Assembly: GCF_009914755.1 (NCBI RefSeq)
Contig: NC_060929.1
From: the human T2T-CHM13v2.0 reference genome, Homo sapiens
DNA: 64,000 bases
Strand: one strand, 5' to 3'
Below are positions 55,116 to 64,000 of this stretch, one piece after another. The translations under genes were made by a program, and so were the position numbers. The stretch's first letter is position 1. Each line of letters opens with the position of its first letter. The notes under the pieces are model-generated. The model ran no database searches and was not told the origin of the DNA. It saw only the letters and a list, made by a program, of their open reading frames with translations.

Positions 55116-58100
55116 TTTAAGATGCTTAAATTCTTGGAAATTCCTCTCAGTAACAATTTTTGCATTAGTATCGATGTGCAAAGGCATCAATAAAATGTTG
55201 GTAGTGTACTGTGCTAGTGATTATTTCCAAAATGCATATGGAAGTCTTTAAAATCTTACCATACATCTCTCTTAAAGTTTGTGTAAAACAACTCATTCCC
55301 TGATAATTATGTATTTAAAAAGTGTTATCCTACATTTTTAATAATAAAGGATCCCATGAATCATATTACAATATTTGAGAAAAATGTTTATAATTCTATG
55401 CTATCAAGCTTTTTGCTCATTTGACAGATTTTTTTGCAATTTAAAGAATGAAAATATTAAGTATATATCTTGATCCGTAAAATACATTCACCAATATTTT
55501 ATGATTGAACTTGGTAATCATAATTAATTTTTGCATTTTAGTTATTTTCTATCACAATCTTGCTCTTTCTACTTTGGATTATGCTTTTCTTATTATCATA
55601 ATGATTATCACTTAAATAATCATTTTAAATATATATCTTTTAAAATTTTAAATATATCTGTCTCTGATTAAATTTGACATCAAAGTGTACTCATAAATTA
55701 CAAAAACCAACATTTGTCAAATAAGAACTTTATGTCTTAATTTTTAATGTGAGAGTTGGAGGCTGAACAAAGTATTGTAAAAAATTCCCTTTTATTAATT
55801 TCTTGATATTAATACACTGCTCAAATTAATTTTTTAGAGGTTTAAACTATTGGTGTTCCTAATTCCTGCCTACTACCAGATAAATACATTAAAGTTGAAA
55901 TAAAATTTATTACAAAGTTGCTGTAGCAATTTGTAGGATACTGTTTATAATGGAATAACTCACTGCAATGTTCTTATAGAAAAAAGACATGAAAATTAGT
56001 TTATCTCAGCATATCTGTTATTTTAATCCACAGTTGCTGACTCAAAACTATTGAAATCAAAGATGATTCAATAAGCTATTTCTATTAATAGTACCCATTA
56101 CAGGATTCAGGAGAAAGGAGTGATTAAAATAGCTCTATGAACACCATAATTTTCATGTAGAATTCTTGCTAAATGGAGCATGGCAAAATTATTTTTCTTC
56201 CATAACCTAAGCAACACTCATATGAGGCATCCTAAATCTTAAGAAACTGAAGCTACTAAGAAAGTTCTTTTCATAAAGAATTTCACTTTTTAAATTCTCC
56301 AGATTATCATTTTAAGAATATGGCTACAAGTTACAACTTATTTTTTATAATCACACTATTTGAAAACTAATTGTTAACTTTTTAAAAATCCATTTTACGG
56401 ATTATAACATTTACCAATGATCTATAAAAACTGTAGGAAGATTTACTTCATAAAGTAAAATTTATTACAGATTAAAATGCTCCCTTATTTGATAAGACAA
56501 TACAATGTTTTATGTCAAGCCATGAATTATATGGGAATACTTGTTAGTATAAATTTTTTTGCAATGGCAATAAAGAATTCTGTCATTCATTTATTACTAG
56601 AGAGAATCAGCATTTCTTTTTCATACTAACACAACATTTCCATTGCTTCTTACAAAAGCCTTGGCAGTGCTTCAAAATGAGAGTTATCACAAAATATTCT
56701 ATTATAGCATGGTGAATAAGTGACTTTCTTTTCCATTATGTTCACAGCTCTCCAAAGAGAACTTTACTTTGATTATAGTGATCTACTGTCAAGTGAGAAA
56801 AACCGAGTTTCAGATTTTGCCTTACTCAAAGAATGAATGGCTTTTTTCCTGGAAGTCCTCTCACACACCAGATTGCATTGTCATATTGCAGGCTTTGTTA
56901 CTGACTACTTTTTGTTTTCACTTTAACACTTCAGTGTAAAGCTGCTTTGGAAAGGCATCAACTAGCTAGACACATGGTAACATATTTAGAAGTCAAAATA
57001 ATTAACATGTATTAAATATTTAGGTAAAAATAAACATTCTACATTCATTCATTTTAATTACCAACTTATTTTTTATCATCAAGAAAAAGTCATAACAGTA
57101 ACTTTGTTTATTGTGGAGTTCATGCTTTCTGTTGCTAACAATAGTTACATGAGTATTATTCAGCAAATGCTTGCCAGTGCTCACAAACATACAATAGCTA
57201 TGAATGTTAGAATAATATGGTGTAAAGGTTTTTCTAAATCTTATTAAAAATGTTATTAATTCTGAAAAACAAAGTTCTCAGAAAAGATCTTTGTCAATAG
57301 GAGTCAATAGAGATAAATGCAATAAAATATATTTATTTTAATAGTATAAATTTCATGCTATTTATATTACATATGATTTTTAACTTCATTACTGAGTTTT
57401 TGAGGGATCTATCAAAATACACAAAAACTGTTGTAACAAAGATGGAAGTAGTTGTGTTTTTCTGTTTTTGGGGTGTGAAAAGGGAATACGGCGGCAAAAT
57501 GTAAGCAAGGACTAAGAAAGTATTTGAGTACATATGCTTCATATGAGAATGACAAAATCTGTGATATTTGATTTCTTAGCTTTGCTACGTAATTATAGAT
57601 AATTTATTGACAGCTTATAATTTGCCAAGATAATGTTTTAAATGTTTCATAGATTATATTATCAAAAAATAGCATGGCATTGATACTGACTAATTGTTTT
57701 TAACGAATGAAGGAAGAAGACAAAAACTGGGATTTGATATGCTGGCTATCATATGCCTACTCTGACAACAGGAATACTTTAAAACTATTATAATTATACT
57801 GCTTTCTTGAACTTTATGTCTAATAGAATAACTAGTTTATTTTCCTTTGGGTTCAGCTTCTTCCTATTTGTCTCTTTTCTGATTCTGAATATATTTTAAG
57901 TTTTTAAGATGTTATTCTTGATGCCTTTTCCTTTTTGGGAAATCTCTTGTTCTTTGAGGCAGAAAGCACTTTTGTCTAGACTTTCCTTTTCATTTTACAC
58001 TCACCGAATTTTCTGTTAGAATAAATTTTCTTCAATAACATATCAAGGATTAAGAAATGGTGTCAGCAACAGTAAATTTTCTAACCAAGTGAAGATTTAA

Positions 58101-58424
58101 TTTTTCCTGTAATGATTTTTTGGACATATTCACATTTTAGAAACCCGTAATTACTTTACTAATTTAGGTTAGTTGCACGTTTTCAGGTTAATCTTTCAGC
58201 CTTGAAACCTTATTTTATGAGTTCTCCAGATTCTTTCTTTGCTACTATCCCCTTTCTATAGAGGTGATACCTTGAAGTAACAGACAGCCAAATCATCACA
58301 GTGATTGCAACCTATTTCTAAAATTAATTTCCTCTTCATTTTTTTTAGTCTGTCATACAATTATACTGTTTCCTCTGACTCAACTCTATCATGATCTGAA
58401 TATAGCAGGAAAAATTTCAGTGTA

Positions 58425-58991
58425 TAGCAGATAATTGAATAAGGTTGTTTCAATATCATTTTCTTACAAGGTTGATGAGAAAAATAATGGGATCCTGGCA
58501 GGTTCTACCATCTGTGTGGAATTTGCACATTTCCCCTATGTCTGCATGGTTTTCTCTTGGGTACTCCAGTTTCCTCCCACACCCCAAAGATGTGTATGTC
58601 AGGTGAATTGATGTGTCTATATTGTCACAGTCTGAGTGATGGGATGGTGGGTCCAAGGTGGGTTCCTGCCTTGGCCCTGAGCTCCCAGGATAGGCTCCAG
58701 CCACCCAGGCACCTGAACTATAATAAGTAACTATAATAAGTGGGTAATAGTGACCTTGTTTTTATTAATCTTTCTTAACTGTATATATAGCTTATTTTTT
58801 TCAGTCTTTAATATTATGTGTTTTGGTCTTTATTTACAAGTTTGTGATGTGTTTGTGACCAGGCATTCAATGTCAGATCTTAAATATTTTCATACTAATA
58901 AGCCTGTAGTAAAATTGTTCTATAGTATGTAATTTCAATTAAAGTCATAGTTTCCAGGAACCTATGCACAATATTGTGTGAGGATTTACTG
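58425..58991 (+). mobile_element. MER6A (TcMar-Tigger) DNA transposon
   Basis: 'tctgtgtggaatttgcacatttcccctatgtctgcatggttttctcttgggtactccagtttcctcccac'; 3' TIR 'gtgaggatttactg' followed by TA. Confidence 0.88.
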
Positions 58992-59039
58992 TATCAATAT
59001 GGTGGCCATGGTTATTTTTCTATGTAACACAAATGTACA

Positions 59040-59675
59040 CTTTATCCATTAATTCACAATGTATATATTGATCAGTTACTACTAGTGGCCATTATTCTAA
59101 ATGATGGGGATACTCTTGAAGAAAGTAGACAAAGTCTGTGCTATTATGGAGATGACATAGCAGTGATGAGAGAACCAATAAGCAAAGAAACATATAGTAT
59201 GTATTTGGTTGTCATGATTTCTGTGAAGAACACCACCCCAGGGTAAGAAACTGGCAGTCAGATAAGAGTGTTGTTCTACATTCAGTAGTTAGAGAGCGCA
59301 AGTGCCATAAATTGATCTAAAGTAGAGACCTGGATAATGTGAGGATATAAGCTATATTGATGGATATCTCTGGGGAGAAGCATTACCTGCACTAAGAACA
59401 GTAAAGGCCAGGGCCTGGAGGTAGAAACATGGCTACTGAGTTTGGAGAACAGTGATGTGACCTGCCTGGATGGAATGGTGAATAAGAAGGGGAGTGGCAG
59501 ACAGGATCAGAGAGAGATCCTGGGACTGATCTGCTCAAGACAACGTAAGTCTTGGTTATGAATTTGGATTTCATTATTCGCAGCATTGGAAGACACTAGA
59601 GGTTTTGACAAGCGGACATGTAGGCTCTAACTTCATTGTTAAGCAGGTCTGTATAGCAGCTGTGTGGATAATTGA
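59040..59675 (-). mobile_element. L2a 3' region
   Basis: 'tccattaattcacaatgtatatattga..gggatact', 'aaaggccagggcctggaggtagaaacatgg..gtttggagaacag'. Confidence 0.75.
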
Positions 59676-59945
59676 TTAGTTCTTTCTTTTATCAGCTGTA
59701 TATTGAGCATCTAATTTGTATTATGCACTAGGGATAAAATAATAAATAAGATATTCAATAAGCTCTTAGATTTTGTCATTTAGGTTTTTCTCATCTTGGA
59801 GTTCTCTTTCTCAATCCACTTACTTGCTTTCCACCTCTCTTTTTCACTCTTTTTCTTGAGCCTCAAGATAATCTTTAGAATTTGATTCCCCTCTCCCATC
59901 CATCTTCTAGAAATTTTACACTTCAGAATCTCCACGTTGATTTTC

Positions 59946-60334
59946 TATATTAGTTTGCTCTCACACTGCAATAAAGAACTAGCTGAGACTGAGTAATTTA
60001 TGAAAAAAAAAGAGGGCTAATTGACTCTCAGTTCCTCAGGCTGTACAGGAAGCATGGTTGGAAGGCCTTAGGAAACTTACAATTATGGCAGAAGGCGAAC
60101 AGGAAGCAAGCACGTCTTACTATGGCAGAGCAGGAGAAAGAGACAGAAAAAAAATGAAGTGCCACACACTTTAAAACAACCATATCTTGTGAGAATTTAT
60201 TCACTATCATGAGAACAAGCAAGGGGGAAATCTGCCCCCATGATCCCATCACCTCCCACCAGATCCCTCCCTTAACATTGGGAATTACAATTCAACATGA
60301 GATTTGGGTGGGGACACAGAGCCAAACCATATCA
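59946..60334 (-). mobile_element. THE1D MaLR solo LTR
   Basis: Ends in ...gagatttgggtggggacacagagccaaaccatatca; 5 bp TSD ttttc at 59941-59945 and 60335-60339. Confidence 0.93.
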
Positions 60335-62029
60335 TTTTCCAAGCTTGGAAACATGAGTAGCTGTTCTTGCAGTACCACGCAAGTAACACAAAAAATTGTA
60401 CCATAGTTTCCAACTTGACAATCCCTAATCTTGAGTCATCTCCATTGTCGACTTTCACCAGTATTTCTGTCAAATTATTAACTCTGTACTTCTTCAGGGA
60501 TAATTTCATCTTCTGCCATTTTTTAGTTGATTTAAACAGTTTCTTTCAAAAAGAGAAAAGTAAAACCAACATGGTGTCAGCCCCCTGTATTCCTAGTCCC
60601 ACAGAATGGCACCAAATGGGACGGACCAGTTGATATAAGTGGTGGCTCATTCTGTCAGTGAGTAGCCAACTCTAAATTACAATCAAGCAGTTTTATACTC
60701 TGCATCTTCATCCAATGAAGAAAGGATAAGAAAGGGAAGGCAAGTGGAAGGGAAATATCTTTGTAGCAGCTTTCCACATTATAGAGAGCCTCTGCAAGAA
60801 ACAGAGGTAAATTGTACATGACTCCCACCCTGTTCCAAGGAAGATACAGGACAGTCAGCCAAATCAGAGATCAGACTGTGGTTGAGCCTTGCCTATGTCT
60901 GGCTTATGTGGAGTGTGCAAGATAGCCAGGGCTCCATGATGGATCTGTAGAAGAACTACACTCACACAGCAGCTACTACTCCTTATTGTCAATTTCCAGC
61001 CCCAGGCCAGGCTTTCACTAACTCTTTCCTATAACTAGTACTGGATCTCTTGTGACTCCCATAACAAAATTTCACTGTATTTCAATCCGCTTTTCCCATT
61101 GACCCTAGGGGAAACTATATAAAGATTAAATCTACGGATAAAATCTATTTAATGGTTTTGCATTGCTTTTAGAATAGAGTAGCACACCAGTAATTTTTTT
61201 TTTAATTCTCAATTTTTAAACGACTTTTCTAATCATTCCAAATAAGTATATTATTCCAATTAATCTAATTGATTCACCATATCCTGAAGACTTATTGTAA
61301 GTTGGGACTTTTATTGCTACTCCTTCCCATGACTACAGCAGTTTTGCATGCCAATATTCTTTCCAGCAACAAAACTCCATCACAAATGATTCCTTCTTCA
61401 TCATCTCATCTTTCAACATAGCAATTGAAATTGCCTATTTTTGACATTGACCTTCCAAGTATCTATTTATATCCTACATATATGATATATTACTGTTGGT
61501 CTTATTGGCATTCGTACATATGTAACATGCCTGTACTGTACAAACTGTAGGAATCATGCCACTCTTTATTTCCATCTTCTTCTCAGTACATAGGCTATAT
61601 TCAATAAAAATGTGCTTAGTGAATTCCAAGTGATCAAATTCAGTTCCAAGTTCATTAGTTCTAAATTCAGGCAATACTTTCCACTTTTGTTAATTTAACT
61701 TCTTTCACATACAGTTTCATTATCAAGACAACAGTCCATGCTAGGTAACTAACTTACAGGGAAGTGTTACATATGATCTCATTAACTGTGTGTGATAACC
61801 AACCTTGCTTCAAAATTACTAATTTACTTATAATTTACATCTCTTTTCTTCATCCAAAGTATATAGGAGCAGAAGTATTGATTGATTACTTACCTGGATT
61901 CCTAAATTGTTATGGTGTGAAAGTAGAACATTGATGAACCCAATATTATGTATGCAGCTACTACTTTTAGCAGTTCCTTTACCTATAATGTGGAATCCCA
62001 ACTTTTATTTAGGTCCAATAGAGCAAATA

Positions 62030-62460
62030 GCATTTATTGTAAGCTCAGGATGTTGCCATGAAACAAGGAGATACACAGAGGGGAAAATGAATAGATAGGG
62101 AATAAGATACATTATTAATCAGTTACCTCTGTGTACAACAAGGAATCTATCATGATGAAGAACTTCTCAGAAGCCATTTAGAATGCATTTCAGAATGGCT
62201 CCTCTGAAAGATGGGAGGCTGGAACATTCATCCATGACTCACATCTTTCCTTGGTTGTGGAGTACATTGTCGGTGTTAACATTCTCAAAGTTCTAGGGAC
62301 CGGCTGAGCAAGCTCCTGGGCATTTCAAGGCCCAAAGGCTGAGAAAGCTGAATGGTACTGAGTTCATAGTGGGAACAGGGCCACCAATCACAGCAATTAT
62401 TCACAGCAGCTTTAGCTAAAGTCTGGAGATGTGCTGTGGTCACCAATAGTTTTGGAAACA
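62030..62460 (-). mobile_element. LTR16-like (ERVL) LTR, degraded
   Basis: 'tttcagaatggctcctctgaaagatgggaggctggaacattcatccatgactc..ttggttg..ggtgttaac' and terminal 'caccaatagttttggaaaca'. Confidence 0.5.
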
Positions 62461-62941
62461 CCATTACTCAAAAAGTATTCTAGGTAATTTGGGGAATTTG
62501 TAAAAGGTATATTACATGTATGTCCAATTGGGTACCTGGTAGTACCCAATTTCTTAAAAATTCTACTGCAGCTCCATAGTGTGTTACCACTCTGCTTAAT
62601 GGGCACTGCTGTAATCAGGAAGGCCTGAGTCACTTCAGCTACAATTTCTGGCTATATTTCCCTTTGTTAGACACTTTTGCTAGTTCATTTCTGAACTCAT
62701 GAATACTATTTGCCTGACACTGTTCAAATTTCCATTAGGTGTCATATAATTTCCAACAAATCACCATGGCCAATTATATTAGTAATAGACTTATGCTTGG
62801 AAGTGTCTACCAAAATATCGAAGTCAATTTGTGTTTCCTATAGTGATGAAAAAATAATAATAATCCTCTATTTCTTCCTTAGTTTTCACTCCCCCAACAT
62901 GAGTATACAACTAAGGCTGTTTTGATAGTGTTATTAATATT

Positions 62942-63042
62942 TCCCTGTAAGAAGGAAGGAAATTTTCTTTGTTTTGTTCACTGCAATAGTCTCAGCATGT
63001 AGAAATGACTTGTATTATTACATAGTATTTTTGAATGAACAA
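62942..63042 (+). mobile_element. L2 3' terminus
   Basis: 'ctttgttttgttcactgcaatagtctcagcatgtagaa..tatttttgaatgaac'. Confidence 0.55.
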
Positions 63043-63539
63043 AGGACTATGTTACACATTTTTTAGTGGAATAGTCCCATTACTATTTTTGCTCATGGTT
63101 CTCTTTCTCCCATTACACCCAGTTATTAATCCATGTTGTGAGAAGGGAGGTGAATAAAGGAGGTGTGCTAAGACACAAATGTGAGTATATACGTCATAAG
63201 GTTTAAAATTTGAAATTTTATGTCCTTGCAATGTCATTATAATGAAGTAAATTGGCTTTTCTTTTCATGGGAGGAAATCTCTTCCTGAAGATTCTACTCT
63301 TGAATAGGTAAATCAATCACAGGTGAGCCCTCTCAGTAATTGGCAAGACACATCCTTTGTGTGTTCATTTCAGTGGTAGTCACTAGTGAGTGCAAGTCAA
63401 ACCTGCTGCACGACAACCACATTTAACGTTTATTTATTTCTATACTCATTGGCTCTGCTGCTTTATAATTAAAAAAAAGAAGTTTTTGAATGAAAATATT
63501 AAAATACCTTTTCCATAAATTATTTTATCTTACTATAAA

Positions 63540-63680
63540 TGGAATCATGACTTATGCTTTAAGGACCATTGCAAGAGTTGAATTTTTTTACATGAAGAAA
63601 CATAGGCCCAAAGATATAATTTACTTTTCCAAGCACAGTTTACTGAGAAATATTATTATCCAGTTCTTAACTTTCAATGT
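63540..63680 (-). mobile_element. MIR fragment
   Basis: 'ttttacatgaagaaacataggcccaaaga..tacttttccaagcacag'. Confidence 0.5.
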
Positions 63681-64000
63681 ATTGCTCTTGTATTTTATAA
63701 CATTTTCTCTTAAAATCTAGAAATTTTACTGAAAATGTAAACAATAAAGAAGTTTTACTTATAAGGAATATCAACAGATAAATGCATATTTATAGATAAT
63801 CTAGCAATCTAACTTAAAGTTAACATTTAGGAGAATATGAATTCCATTTACTGAGAAAACAATAACAAAAGGCACTATTTCTTTCTTTATAAGTTTAATT
63901 TTTCTCTCAGCTATCTCCATACCCTTTGTCAAAATTGACTTTAAAAATTACGGAAATGGAGAACAGATTAGTGATTGTCAGGAATTAGGAACACTGTAGA

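Noticed and set aside
57405-57506. 96 nt open stretch ending at aat|gtaagc
   Set aside because: Poor acceptor and no recognisable peptide.

Overview
AT-rich, CpG-poor, non-coding primate (human-like) genomic DNA, probably a gene desert or the deep intron of a large gene. I can support no known protein-coding gene, RNA gene, CpG island or CRISPR array. Nearly all ORFs in the track are chance ORFs or fragments of Alu, L1 or LTR sequence. Roughly half the window is recognisable interspersed repeat: ten Alus (several with intact TSDs), L1PB and L1PA13-like LINEs, a long degraded L1M, L2 and MIR fragments, solo LTRs (LTR10-family, two THE1D, several MLT1, LTR16-like) and DNA transposons (MER2 x2, Tigger3, MER81, MER53, MER6A). 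Subfamily names come from my recall of consensus sequences and need RepeatMasker/Dfam confirmation. I found no clearly new biological system. The most interesting signals are: (1) a ~450 bp nested-palindrome repeat array at 3135-3588; (2) several templated insertions and duplications with repair-type junctions, including a 241 bp copy placed 5.1 kb from its donor and a perfect 60 bp tandem duplication in an old L1; (3) a twin-primed, 5'-inverted L1; (4) a candidate unannotated minus-strand first coding exon, possibly part of a divergent promoter, at about 30.8-31.5 kb; (5) a p53-type motif in an LTR10 solo LTR; (6) an inverted Alu pair only 31 bp apart.
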